Source of the DNA: an uncultured Candidatus Binatia bacterium
GTDB taxonomy: Bacteria; Desulfobacterota; Binatia; Bin18
Assembly (NCBI GenBank): GCA_965214605.1
Contig: OZ243961.1
Coordinates: forward strand, 2,656,001 to 2,720,000
Reading direction: 5' to 3'
Length of the DNA: 64,000 bases
Both the position numbers and the translations under genes were made by a program. The notes under the pieces are model-generated. The model was given only the letters and a program-made list of their open reading frames with translations, searched no databases and was not told the DNA's origin. Shown here in pieces: positions 28,787 to 38,921 of the stretch. The first letter of the stretch is position 1. Each line of letters starts with the position of its first letter.

Positions 28787-29885
28787 TTAGGCGGCCAGGC
28801 GTTGGAGTAAATATGCCTCAATAAAGGGATCGATATCGCCGTCGAGCACCGCGTCCGTATTTCCGATCTCGACCCCCGTGCGGTGATCTTTCACCATGCG
28901 ATAAGGGTGCAGGACATATGAGCGAATTTGGCTCCCCCAGGCAATATCCTTTTTATTCTTTTCCAAATCCTCCATCCTCTCTTTTTGTTTTTCCAACTCA
29001 CGCTCATACAGGCGGGCGCGCAAAATTTTTAGCGCCGTCGTCCGGTTGCGATGCTGCGACCGCTCATTTTGACAGGTCACGACAATACCACTCGGCAGGT
29101 GAGTCAGGCGAACGGCCGAGTCGGTTTTATTGACGTGCTGGCCGCCCGCTCCGCTGGCCCGATAGGTATCCACGCGAAGATCCTCGGGGCGAATATCGAC
29201 CTCAACACTGTCGTCAATCTCCGGGTACACGAACAACGAGGCAAAAGATGTGTGGCGCCGGGCATTGCCATCAAAAGGAGAGATGCGGACGAGGCGGTGA
29301 ATCCCCGCTTCGGCGCGCAGATAGCCATACGCATATGCGCCCTCTACGGTAAACGTGGCGCTCTTTAGTCCGCCTCCTTCTGCCGGCAGGTACTCGACAA
29401 CTTCTGCTGTAAAACCACGCCGCTCTGCCCAGCGCAAGTAGAGGCGGAGCAACATATCGGCCCAGTCTTGGGCTTCGAGTCCCCCGGCACCGGGATGGAG
29501 ACTCACGATCGCATTGTGGCTGTCGTGCTCACCGCCGAGCAGCTGCTGCATTTCGGCTGTACTGACGGCCTGGTCAATGTCGGCCACCATGCTTTCGACC
29601 TCACTGGCCGCTTCGGCGTCACCCGCCTCGGCCATCTCAAAGAAGACGAGAGCATCGGCGAGCGTCTGCTGCTGCTTTTTCCAAGCGCTGACGATCTCTC
29701 GCAGCGCGGCGCGTTCTTTGAGGACGGCCTGGGCTTGGTCTTGATCGTGCCAAAATTCATTGGCGGCGATGAGTTCTTCGAGCGTGGCGACGCGGGCTTC
29801 TTTTCCGGCAATGTCAAAGATGCCTCCCAAGATTATCGATCCGGGTTTGGAGTGCGGTCAGTTTTTCTTTAAGCTCGGCCAGCAT
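28787..29885 (-). CDS. prfB: Peptide chain release factor 2 (programmed +1 frameshift)
   Basis: MLAELKEKLTALQTRIDNLGRHL then CTT TGA C; SPF and GGQ motifs in the +1 frame. Confidence 0.98.
29813..29828 (-). promoter_or_regulatory. prfB frameshift signal
   Basis: GGGAGG-CAT-CTT-TGA-C: internal SD plus slippery CUU UGA. Confidence 0.95.
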
Positions 29886-31479
29886 ACGCTCCTCCGTTAC
29901 GATCTCGGTAATGCCTCACGCCGCGATATCCTAGCATACCCAGACAGCCGAGGGCACACAGGTGAGCAAAGACATCTCCATACCTGGTATAAAAGCTGGT
30001 CACCTGAGGCCAGGTGATTTCTTCGACAAAGAACGTCCTCTCGTACAGCTCGGTACGAGTCCGAATCACCCCCGTCACATCGACCACAGCGGAAATCCCG
30101 GTATTGGCCGCCCGGACGAGCGGCACGCGGTTTTCAACCGCTCGCAGAGCTTCCATCATCAGGTGTTGATACGGGGCTGCGGTCCGGCCGAACCAGGCGT
30201 CATTGGTAATATTCACGAGAAAGGTGGCGCCGTGCTCAACAAAGTGGCGGGCCAGCTCGGGAAAAATTCCCTCGTAGCAGATCAGGACGCCAAAGGCGTG
30301 CGGTGGGAGCTTGAAGACGGTTGGCTTGGTGCCAGGGGCAAAGTCGCCAATGCCTTCGACAAGTTTATCCAGAAAAAACAGAAAGCTGTCCTGAAAAGGA
30401 ATAAATTCGCCAAATGGCGTGAGAATCATCTTGTCGTACCGGTCCACGACCTCGGCGTCGGCAGACAGCAAATAGGCTCGGTTAAACAGGGTGACGTGTC
30501 GGGCGTTGCGGTGGAAGGCCGGGCTGCCGAACAGCAGCGGGGTTTTGGTTTCGCGCGCCAGATTGAGGATCCGGCCCCGGTAAGTGTAGTCTGACTGAAA
30601 GAAAAAGGGAACAGCGGTTTCCGGCCAGGCGATCAGATCGGTGTCCTGAGAGGCGGCCAGGCGCGTCATTTGGGCGTAGCGCGCGATTGTTTCGGCCTGA
30701 AAAGCCGGCTGCCATTTTTCATCCTGTTCGATGTTGGCCTGGACGACTCCGACACGCAGGCGGTGGTCCTGGGGGAGGGCCGCCAGCTGAGAGCGACGCC
30801 AGGAACCCCAGGCCACGACGCACAGGACGAGGACCACCGTTCCGAGTAGCAGGCGTCCGCGCCCCGGACCGCGTTTATAGACCAGGGTGAAGAGGACGAG
30901 ATTGCCGAAGATGACCAGGGCGGAGATACCGTACACGCTGGTCACCTCGGCAATTTGGATCAGATTCAGCGAGCGATGTTGCGAATAGCCCAGACTGACC
31001 CACGGAAAACCGATAAAGAAAAACGACCGCAGCCACTCCAGGCTTACCCAGAGCAGGGGACCGAAGACCAGCAGCCATCGCCAGCGGCCCTTGCACCAGC
31101 GGACGCCGAGGGCAAAAGCGCCGGTGTAGGCAGCCAGAATGCTACACATCAGGAAGAGGGGGATGACGGCGACGACCGGATGGAGATTGCTATAGAGACC
31201 GATGGTGTGGACAACCCAGGAGACGGAGCACAAATAGAAGCCCATGCCGCCAACCCAGCCGTAGAAAAAGGCGTGGCTGAGGGGGCGTTCCCAGACCACC
31301 CACAGCAGGGGAACAAAGGCGACCCAGGCCAAAAAGCCAAGATCGGCTTTTGGAAAGGCGAGCGATAGCAGCACCCCGCTGACAAAGACCAAACCGGCCC
31401 CCCTGAGGCGCAGCAGGGCGAGCGGCAGAAAACGGAAAGGCAAACGATGAGAACCACCTCGTCTCAATGCGCTCACCAT
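29869..31479 (-). CDS. lnt: Apolipoprotein N-acyltransferase
   Basis: GFPW..LGY, WPETA, YDK..L.PFGE, LICYE, NITNDAWFG, RAANTGIS. Confidence 0.97.
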   Translation of the reverse strand: MVSALRRGGSHRLPFRFLPLALLRLRGAGLVFVSGVLLSLAFPKADLGFLAWVAFVPLLWVVWERPLSHAFFYGWVGGMGFYLCSVSWVVHTIGLYSNLHPVVAVIPLFLMCSILAAYTGAFALGVRWCKGRWRWLLVFGPLLWVSLEWLRSFFFIGFPWVSLGYSQHRSLNLIQIAEVTSVYGISALVIFGNLVLFTLVYKRGPGRGRLLLGTVVLVLCVVAWGSWRRSQLAALPQDHRLRVGVVQANIEQDEKWQPAFQAETIARYAQMTRLAASQDTDLIAWPETAVPFFFQSDYTYRGRILNLARETKTPLLFGSPAFHRNARHVTLFNRAYLLSADAEVVDRYDKMILTPFGEFIPFQDSFLFFLDKLVEGIGDFAPGTKPTVFKLPPHAFGVLICYEGIFPELARHFVEHGATFLVNITNDAWFGRTAAPYQHLMMEALRAVENRVPLVRAANTGISAVVDVTGVIRTRTELYERTFFVEEITWPQVTSFYTRYGDVFAHLCALGCLGMLGYRGVRHYRDRNGGAYAGRA

Positions 31480-31482
31480 CCT

Positions 31483-31971
31483 CTAGAGCAGGGCTTTGAG
31501 CTCGTGTTCTTTGCGCCGCATTTGTCGCGCCGCACTGGGCGAGACCTCGTGGTCGTAGCCGAAGAGGTGTAAAATCCCGTGAATCAACAAGACTTGGATT
31601 TCTTCGGCCGTGTGAGAGCCGCGTCTTGCGGCCTGGCGAGCGGCGGTCTCGACCGAGATAATGACCTCTCCGAGCAAAAACGGGCAGGCCGCGTCGGCGA
31701 GGGGGAAGGAGAGTACATCAGTCGGGGTGTCCTTGTGGCGGTACTGACGGTTGAGACGGCGCATCTGCAGATCGCTGACTAGGGCGATGCTGAGTTCGGT
31801 CGGGGTCTGGCCGAGGTGGCGGACGATCGTCTTGGCCCAGCCTCGGAGTACGCTCCGACTTACCGCCGGTGTCGTCCCGTAGATGTCGATGACGAGTCCC
31901 GACTTGGCGGCGCCGACGGCGCTCTCGGCGTTCTTGTCTGAGCTGCTCTCGTTTTTCTTGGTCACGTTCAT
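31483..31971 (-). CDS. ybeY: rRNA maturation endoribonuclease YbeY (start uncertain)
   Basis: LNRQYRHKDTPTDVLSF, HGILHLFGYDH. Confidence 0.95.
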   Translation of the reverse strand: MNVTKKNESSSDKNAESAVGAAKSGLVIDIYGTTPAVSRSVLRGWAKTIVRHLGQTPTELSIALVSDLQMRRLNRQYRHKDTPTDVLSFPLADAACPFLLGEVIISVETAARQAARRGSHTAEEIQVLLIHGILHLFGYDHEVSPSAARQMRRKEHELKALL

Positions 31972-32917
31972 AGGCGCTAATCACATCTTGGACAAGCCGG
32001 TGGCGGACCACGTCTTTTTCGGTGAAAAAGGTAAACTCAATACCGTCGATATTATGCAGAATAGCGCGCGCCTCTTTGAGGCCGGAGCGGGTGCCGGGCG
32101 GCAGATCGATTTGGGTGACGTCACCGGTGATGACCGCCTTTGAGCCGTACCCGAGGCGGGTGAGAAACATTTTCATTTGCTCACTCGTTGTGTTTTGGGC
32201 CTCGTCTAAGATGACAAAAGAGTCGTTAAGCGTCCGTCCCCGCATGAACGCCAGTGGAGCGACCTCAATTGTGCCGCGTTCAATCATTTTCTGGGCCCGG
32301 TCAAAATCGACCATATCGTACAGGGCGTCGTATAGAGGGCGCAGATAGGGGTTAATCTTTTCGGCTAGGTCGCCGGGCAGAAAGCCGAGTTTTTCGCCGG
32401 CTTCGACCGCCGGGCGGGTGAGCACTACCCGGCTTACTTTCTGCTTCATGAGTTCTGCGACCGCCACGGCCATCCCCAAATAGGTCTTTCCGGTTCCCGC
32501 CGGACCGATACCGAACACGATGTCATGCTTGCGGATGGCGTCGATATAGGACTTTTGGGCCAGACTTTTGGGCGTGATCGTGCGGCGTTTGGACGAGATA
32601 TAGACAGTATCAAGAAAGATGTCACGCAGCCTAGCTGAGCGGTTGCGGCTTAGAATACGAATAGCGTAGTCAACGTCGCTGGGATAAACGGGATAGCCGC
32701 TTTTAATCAAGCCGTACAGTTGGGTCGCAACCCGGCTGGCGAGATCGCGCTGGTAGTCCTCACCGACAATGGTCAGCCCGGAACCTGCGGCCGAGATTTT
32801 GACCCCGAGCGCTTTTTCGATCCCGCGCAAATGCGCGTCGTGGTTCCCCAGCAGATCGCGGAAGAAACGAGGGTTGTCAAACTCCAGTTGGGACGTGTCT
32901 TGGAGGTGTTGCTCCAT
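31718..32917 (-). CDS. phoH: PhoH-like ATPase
   Basis: GPAGTGKT, RPAVEAGEKLGFLPGD, MRGRTL, DEAQN; extended tail overlaps ybeY. Confidence 0.95.
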   Translation of the reverse strand: MEQHLQDTSQLEFDNPRFFRDLLGNHDAHLRGIEKALGVKISAAGSGLTIVGEDYQRDLASRVATQLYGLIKSGYPVYPSDVDYAIRILSRNRSARLRDIFLDTVYISSKRRTITPKSLAQKSYIDAIRKHDIVFGIGPAGTGKTYLGMAVAVAELMKQKVSRVVLTRPAVEAGEKLGFLPGDLAEKINPYLRPLYDALYDMVDFDRAQKMIERGTIEVAPLAFMRGRTLNDSFVILDEAQNTTSEQMKMFLTRLGYGSKAVITGDVTQIDLPPGTRSGLKEARAILHNIDGIEFTFFTEKDVVRHRLVQDVISAYERDQEKREQLRQERRERRRRRQVGTRHRHLRDDTGGKSERTPRLGQDDRPPPRPDPDRTQHRPSQRSADAPSQPSVPPQGHPD

Positions 32918-32939
32918 ATAGCTCCGGGCGGTTCCTGTC

Positions 32940-35576
32940 TCAGGAACCGTGCTCAATCAGCTCATACACCTTTTGCAGCGCTTCATCCAGCCGGGCGGGA
33001 TCTTTGCCGCCGGCCTGGGCAAAGTCTGGACGACCGCCCCCTCCGCCCCCAACGAGCGGGGCGAGCTGTGCCATCAGCTCCCCGGCCCGATACCGCTCGG
33101 TAATATCTTTGCTGACTGCGGCCAGCAGGCTGACCCGAGCGCCTTTGACCAACCCCAGGACGACCACCCCTGGCTGGAGTTTGTCCCGCAGCCGGTCGGC
33201 CATCTCCCGCAGGCCGGCGGCATCGACGCCCTCAACCCGGGTGGCAAGGACGTTGATGCCGTGCAGCTGTCGAGCAGCGGTGAGGAGTGCATCACTCTGT
33301 GAGCCGGCGACCTGGCTTTGCAACTCGGCTAGCTGCTTTTCCAGAGCGCGCTGTTGGGCTAAGAGGCGTTCTATCTTGTTGGTAACTTCTTCTTCTGCGC
33401 CTTTGACCAGCGTGCCAACCTCTTTGAGCAGCTGCTCTTTGTGGCGTACCCAGTCAAGGGCGCTGCCCCCTGTCGTGGCTTCGATGCGCCGCACCCCAGA
33501 GGCCACGCCACTCTCTGCTTTGAGCTTAAACAGGCCGATATCGCCGGTTCGGCTGACATGGGTCCCACCGCACAGCTCGGTTGAGAAGTTGCCCATCCGC
33601 ACCACGCGGACGCGCTCGCCGTACTTTTCGCCAAAAAAGGCGAGGGCGCCGCTTTTGAGAGCCTCATTGAGGGACATTTCGGCGCTGCTGACCTGGGCAT
33701 TTTCACGAATATGGGTATTGACCAGGGTCTCGATGTGCTCCAGCCTGTCCAGTTTGACCGGGTTGGTATGGGTAAAGTCAAAACGCAGGCGGTCCGGCGT
33801 CACTAGGGAGCCGGCTTGGCGGACATGGCTGCCTAAGACGTCTCTGAGGGCGGCGTGCATCACGTGCGTCGCCGAGTGATTGAGCCGGGTCGCTTCGCGC
33901 CGGGCGGCGTCGGGCAGCAGATGGACCCGGTCTCCGGTTTGAATCGATCCGTGCCTGACCCGGCCGCGATGGATTGTCAACAGCGGCTGGGGTTTCTGGG
34001 TATCGACAATCTGGACCCGATCCCCTCTGTCGGTCTCCAGCCTGCCGGTATCCCCCACTTGGCCGCCAGATTCTCCGTAGAAAGGCGTCTCTGCGGTGAT
34101 AATCTCGACCTCTTCGCCCTCGGTGACAGAACCGCTCCGTGCTTCTCCGTTGACCAGAATGGCTAGGATTTCCGATTCCCACTCGGTAATCCGATCGCCA
34201 ACAAAACGTGACTGCAGATCGGTCAGACCGGGGTTGAGAGAGACGAGGTCTTTTTGGCCCTCACGGGCGCGGTGGCGTTGCTGTTCCATGGCCCGCTCAA
34301 AACCGGCCCGGTCAACCTGAAACCCCTCGGACGCCAGGAAGTCTTCAGTCAGGTCAAGTGGGAAGCCATAGGTATCATACAGCCGAAAGGCAATCTCTCC
34401 GGACAAGCGTGCGGTCGTGCCGCTTCGCAAACTGCCGATCTCTTGCTCTAGTAGGACCAAGCCTCTGCCCAGGGTGTCTGAAAAGCGCTCTTCTTCGGTT
34501 CGAAGGACCTCACTCATATAGTCTTTGCGCTCGTTGAGTTCGGGGTAGGCCGAGCCCATCAGATCGGCCACACTCTCGGCAACGCGCCAGAAGAAGGGGT
34601 GCGTAAAGCCGATCAAGCGCCCGTGGCGTAGCGCCCGGCGTACGATCCGACGCAACACATAGCCCCGGCCGTCGTTGGTCGGCACGACGCCGTCGGCAAT
34701 CGCCAGGGCGGCGGCCCGGGCATGATCGGCAATCACGCGGAACGAGATGTCACTGTCTGGCCCACTGCCGTAGCGGGTCGTAGTCAGCGCTTCGGTGGCG
34801 CGGATGATGTCGCGCAGCAGATCGGAGTCATAATTGCTCGGGACGTCTTGGAGAACGGCGGCGATGCGTTCCAACCCCATGCCGGTGTCCACATGTGTTG
34901 CCGGTAAGTCGTCGAGCGAGGTGTCCGGGTTGCGGTTGTACTGAATAAACACCAAGTTCCATAGTTCAATGAAGCGGGGGCAGTCGGCGTTGACTCCGCA
35001 CGTGTGGCCCGGCGTGCTCGCGAGGTCACACGAACCCGGCCCCCGGTCGATGTGAATCTCAGAGCACGGGCCGCAGGGACCGGTTTCGCCCATCTCCCAA
35101 AAATTGTCCTTTTCCCCAAAGCGCAAAATCTGCTCCGGGTTGATAGCGGTCTTGGTCCGCCACAGCTCGTCGGCTTCATCGTCGGTCGTATACACGCTCG
35201 CCCACAGGTGGTTCGGGGGCAGCTTCCACACCTCGGTCAGCAGTTCCCAGGCCCATCCGATGGCTTCTGCCTTGTAATAATCGCCAAACGACCAGTTGCC
35301 CAGCATTTCAAAGAAGGTGTGATGATAGGTATCCCGGCCCACTTCTTCCAAGTCGTTGTGTTTACCCGATACCCGCAGACATTTCTGGGAATCAACCACC
35401 CGGGAGTGGGTCGGCTGTTCAAGCCCCAGAAAAATATTCTTGAACGGCACCATGCCCGCGTTGGTGAACAGGAGTGTCGGATCGCTGGCTGGAATGAGGG
35501 ACGCGCTGGGCACGACGCGATGGCCCCGGTCAGCAAAAAAACGCAGAAAACTGTCTCGAATTTCGTTTCCGGTCAT
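32940..35576 (-). CDS. alaS: Alanine--tRNA ligase
   Basis: DPTLLFTNAGM, HHTFFEMLGN, NHSATH, ELCGGTHV, GGGGGRPDFAQAGG. Confidence 0.99.
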   Translation of the reverse strand: MTGNEIRDSFLRFFADRGHRVVPSASLIPASDPTLLFTNAGMVPFKNIFLGLEQPTHSRVVDSQKCLRVSGKHNDLEEVGRDTYHHTFFEMLGNWSFGDYYKAEAIGWAWELLTEVWKLPPNHLWASVYTTDDEADELWRTKTAINPEQILRFGEKDNFWEMGETGPCGPCSEIHIDRGPGSCDLASTPGHTCGVNADCPRFIELWNLVFIQYNRNPDTSLDDLPATHVDTGMGLERIAAVLQDVPSNYDSDLLRDIIRATEALTTTRYGSGPDSDISFRVIADHARAAALAIADGVVPTNDGRGYVLRRIVRRALRHGRLIGFTHPFFWRVAESVADLMGSAYPELNERKDYMSEVLRTEEERFSDTLGRGLVLLEQEIGSLRSGTTARLSGEIAFRLYDTYGFPLDLTEDFLASEGFQVDRAGFERAMEQQRHRAREGQKDLVSLNPGLTDLQSRFVGDRITEWESEILAILVNGEARSGSVTEGEEVEIITAETPFYGESGGQVGDTGRLETDRGDRVQIVDTQKPQPLLTIHRGRVRHGSIQTGDRVHLLPDAARREATRLNHSATHVMHAALRDVLGSHVRQAGSLVTPDRLRFDFTHTNPVKLDRLEHIETLVNTHIRENAQVSSAEMSLNEALKSGALAFFGEKYGERVRVVRMGNFSTELCGGTHVSRTGDIGLFKLKAESGVASGVRRIEATTGGSALDWVRHKEQLLKEVGTLVKGAEEEVTNKIERLLAQQRALEKQLAELQSQVAGSQSDALLTAARQLHGINVLATRVEGVDAAGLREMADRLRDKLQPGVVVLGLVKGARVSLLAAVSKDITERYRAGELMAQLAPLVGGGGGGRPDFAQAGGKDPARLDEALQKVYELIEHGS

Positions 35577-35697
35577 GGCTCGTCTTCTTTCGGCCGCTGT
35601 TGTGGAAAGCGATCGCTCATCTTTTCAGCTCATGAGGATTGCTCATCACCGTTCTTGTCGTACGCCACCAAAAGGTGGTCGATGATGATCACCGAGG

Positions 35698-36237
35698 CTA
35701 CATGAGATCATCGGTCCCCTTTTCGTCCTGGGGCGGACTGCCCAACAGCTGTTCGGCAAACTCGCACGAATATCCCCGCCGCACCAGCAGGCGATACGCC
35801 CGGGCATAGGTCTGCGCTTGTTGTAGCCCGTCCGCAGGAAAGCGGCTAGACAGCAGCCTGCGGGCGGCGTCGAGGTCGAGGCCTGGTTGTCGGGCTGCAA
35901 GCGTTTGCGCAATCAGGGCGGAATCAAGATGGTGGCGGAGGAGTTTTTGCCGGATGGCGGCCGGGCCAAAGCCACGTGCCTGAAAGTGCTGGGTGAGCTC
36001 CGCGGCCAGGCGGGCATCGTTGAGATAGCCCTGGCGGGTGAGGCGGTCGACCGTTTGTACCACCGCGCGTGGGCTGAAGTGGCAGGGAGGAGCTCGGCCG
36101 GTCTGTGAGAGGGTTTGTACCACCGCGCGTGGGCTGAAGCCTTTGGTACGCATCTTTGCCGCTAAGCCGGGCGCACTATAGGCTCGTTGTCCCAGCAGAC
36201 GATAGGCGTAGTCGAGAGCGGTCAGAGTGCCAGTCAT
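35698..36237 (-). CDS. recX: Regulatory protein RecX with 20-aa in-frame insertion
   Basis: AYRLLGQRAYS, GYLNDARLA, GP..IRQKL, LVRRGY; upstream of alaS. Confidence 0.88.
   Translation of the reverse strand: MTGTLTALDYAYRLLGQRAYSAPGLAAKMRTKGFSPRAVVQTLSQTGRAPPCHFSPRAVVQTVDRLTRQGYLNDARLAAELTQHFQARGFGPAAIRQKLLRHHLDSALIAQTLAARQPGLDLDAARRLLSSRFPADGLQQAQTYARAYRLLVRRGYSCEFAEQLLGSPPQDEKGTDDLM
36053..36139 (+). repeat. 27-bp direct repeat flanking a unique 33-bp insert inside recX
   Basis: GTTTGTACCACCGCGCGTGGGCTGAAG at 36053-36079 and 36113-36139. Confidence 0.95.
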
Positions 36238-36239
36238 GG

Positions 36240-37373
36240 TTATTTACGAAGACGCCGACGCTGTGTTCCAGTCGCCGAATCGTAGTCGATATAATCGCGC
36301 GGCGAAAAATATTCCCGCGCTCCCCGGGTGGCTAAATCTTGCAGCACGGAGTCGGCCAAGACCAGGGCGACCATGGCTTCGGCAATTGGGACGCCCCGAA
36401 TTGCCACGCACGGATCGTGTCGCCCGCGCGTGGCAACCGTGCGTGGCCGAAAGTTCACATCAATCGTGTTTTTGTCCTGGGGGATAGACGAAGTGGGTTT
36501 GACGACCAACCGCACGACGATCGGCGCGCCAGAGGAAATGCCGCCCAGCGTCCCGCCATGGTTATTGGTGACAAATCCCGTTGGGGATAATGCGTCGTTC
36601 ATCTGGCTCCCGCGCATGGCGGCAGCGGCAAATCCAGCCCCAAATTCGACCCCCTTGACCGCCGGGATGGACATTAGGGCTGTGGCAAGCTCAGCGTCGA
36701 GTTTGCCAAAAACCGGCTCGCCCAGCCCCGGCGGAACGCCTTCGGCCATGACCTCGATTATGCCCCCCACAGAATCCCGCTCTTTTCTGGCCTGTTCGAC
36801 CTCGGCGCGCATGGCAGCCACACTGTCCGGGTCAAGGCTGCGCAGCTCATTGTCTTCGACCGCGTCCCAAATACGGCTGTTGGCCCGCACCTTTCCGACC
36901 TGAATGACGCCGCCCCTAATGCGAATCCCGAAATGCGCCAGCAGCTGCTTGGCTAGGGCACCGGCAAACACCCGCCCCACGGATTCTCTGACCGAAGCCC
37001 TACCACCCCCGCGATGGTCCCGGTGGCCATACTTGGCAAAATAGGTAAAGTCGGCGTGTCCGGGGCGGAACAGCTGGGCGAGTTCGTCATAGTCTTTGGA
37101 GCGCATATCGGTGTTGAAGACCATGGCCATCAGCGGGGTCCCGGTGGTCTTGCCCGCAAACACGCCCGAGAAGATCTCAATCTTGTCCCCCTCTTTGCGT
37201 TGGGTCACCAGTTTTGATTGCCCAGGACGGCGACGGTCCATCTCGTGTTGAATGGCTTCGAGGTCAAGCGCAAAGTCGGCCGGAAAACCATCCACAACAA
37301 CGCCAACGCCTCTCCCGTGGCTCTCACCAAAGGTCGTCACGCGTAATACGGTTCCAAACGTGTTCCCTGGCAT
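36240..37373 (-). CDS. aroC: Chorismate synthase
   Basis: FGESHG, RRRPGQ, RPGHAD, GGGRAS.RE, KPTSSI, GRHDPC. Confidence 0.98.
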   Translation of the reverse strand: MPGNTFGTVLRVTTFGESHGRGVGVVVDGFPADFALDLEAIQHEMDRRRPGQSKLVTQRKEGDKIEIFSGVFAGKTTGTPLMAMVFNTDMRSKDYDELAQLFRPGHADFTYFAKYGHRDHRGGGRASVRESVGRVFAGALAKQLLAHFGIRIRGGVIQVGKVRANSRIWDAVEDNELRSLDPDSVAAMRAEVEQARKERDSVGGIIEVMAEGVPPGLGEPVFGKLDAELATALMSIPAVKGVEFGAGFAAAAMRGSQMNDALSPTGFVTNNHGGTLGGISSGAPIVVRLVVKPTSSIPQDKNTIDVNFRPRTVATRGRHDPCVAIRGVPIAEAMVALVLADSVLQDLATRGAREYFSPRDYIDYDSATGTQRRRLRK

Positions 37374-37416
37374 GTGTTTCCTGACTCATTTGGTATCTTG
37401 AGAATAGGCGAAACAA

Positions 37417-38580
37417 TCACACGACCTCATCCTCTCGTAGACTGCGGATATCGGCTGTGCTCAACCCCAGCTCGCCCAAAATCTCATCGGTCTGTTGACC
37501 TTTCTCTGGGGTGGGAGTCCTGACTCCACCAGGAGTGCGGCTGAGGGTGACGGGCAGGCCGAGGACATGAATTTCACCGAGGTGGGGATGGGAAACCGGG
37601 GTGGCCAAGCCCAGGTGTTGGACCTGTTCGTTGGCAAAGACTTGGTCAATCGACAAAATAGGGCCGCTTGGCACCCCCGCGTTGTTGAGCGCGGCAATCC
37701 ATTCGGCGGCGGTTTTGCGGGCAAGTCGGTGTTCTATTTCACGGCTTAACTCGTCACGGTTGCGCGAGCGTCTGCCCGGTGAGGCAAAACGCGGGTCGTC
37801 GTACAGCTCATCGGCTTCAAGCACGTGACACAAGCGTTTCCACATATGCTGGCCCCCCGAGGCGATATTGATATGGCCGTCTTTGACCCTGAAGCTTCCG
37901 GTCGGGATACTGGTCGGGTGGTTGTTACCGGCTTGGGGCGGAACTTCCTGACCGATCAGCCAACGTGTGGCCTGAAAGTCGAGCATGGAGACCATGGCTT
38001 CGAGCAGCGAGGTCTGGATCCACTGTCCTTCGCCCGAGCGTTCGCGTTCGAGCAGGGCGACTAAAATTCCTTGGGCAGCGAGCAGGCCAGCGCTCAGGTC
38101 TGCAACCGGGATGCCGACCCGCCACGGTCCGCTGCCCGGCTGCCCGGTGATGCTCATCAGGCCGCCCATGCCTTGGGCAATTTGGTCGTAGCCAGGCCGG
38201 TCTTTATACGGCCCTGTCTGGCCAAAGCCGGAGATGCTGGCGTAGACCAGGCGTGGGTTGAGGGGTTTAAGCGACTCATAGGAGATGCCGAGACGGTTTT
38301 TCACGTCGGGTCGATAGTTTTCGACCAGCACGTCTGCCCTACACACCAGCCTTTTGAGAATGTCTTTGCCGCGCTCGTCTTTGAGATTGAGGACCAGACT
38401 GCGCTTGTTGCGGTGGAGATTCTGAAAATCAAAATGGTGCCGGCTGGTGCCTTCCTCATCGTTAGGCTGCTCAACTTTGATAACCTGGGCACCCATATCG
38501 GCCAGCTGGCGGACACAGGTTGGGCCGGAGCGGGCGCGGGTGAGATCAATCACACTGATATGTTCAAGGGGGAGTGCCAT
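37417..38580 (-). CDS. CaiB/BaiF family III CoA transferase
   Basis: GPTC..LADMGAQVIKVE, RNKRS, ENYRP, ISGFGQTGP..RPGYD. Confidence 0.95.
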   Translation of the reverse strand: MALPLEHISVIDLTRARSGPTCVRQLADMGAQVIKVEQPNDEEGTSRHHFDFQNLHRNKRSLVLNLKDERGKDILKRLVCRADVLVENYRPDVKNRLGISYESLKPLNPRLVYASISGFGQTGPYKDRPGYDQIAQGMGGLMSITGQPGSGPWRVGIPVADLSAGLLAAQGILVALLERERSGEGQWIQTSLLEAMVSMLDFQATRWLIGQEVPPQAGNNHPTSIPTGSFRVKDGHINIASGGQHMWKRLCHVLEADELYDDPRFASPGRRSRNRDELSREIEHRLARKTAAEWIAALNNAGVPSGPILSIDQVFANEQVQHLGLATPVSHPHLGEIHVLGLPVTLSRTPGGVRTPTPEKGQQTDEILGELGLSTADIRSLREDEVV

Positions 38581-38921
38581 GGCTGTGGTTCCTTTTTGCT
38601 GCCCTCATCCATACCGCATACTGAAGGGGCTTGTCTAATATTTTGAGATTACGCCAAAATCCAATTTCACGTTCCAGTCCTGAACCGACGCATCCCAGGG
38701 AAACCGCAGAAACCGGATCTCTCCGAGCCTTCCCCCGCTCTCTCTGAAAAGTTCGCCTCATGACATTTCGATAGGCTGACCGCACGTAGCCCGCCTCTCA
38801 GAGCTCTGAGAGCTTGATCCTCGGGGTATCTGAGAAGGGAACTACAGGCTCTGTCCCACCCAAAAGAAAGTCAAGTAGATTGTATGCTCTTTTGGTTTAG
38901 GATGCGCCGCTGGCTGCCCCT

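Noticed and set aside
29813-29828. In-frame stop in prfB as pseudogene or novelty
   Set aside because: Canonical, well-known RF2 autoregulatory frameshift
38795-38812. 18-bp perfect palindrome CTCTCAGAGCTCTGAGAG
   Set aside because: Real but single; no regulator or second site to tie it to
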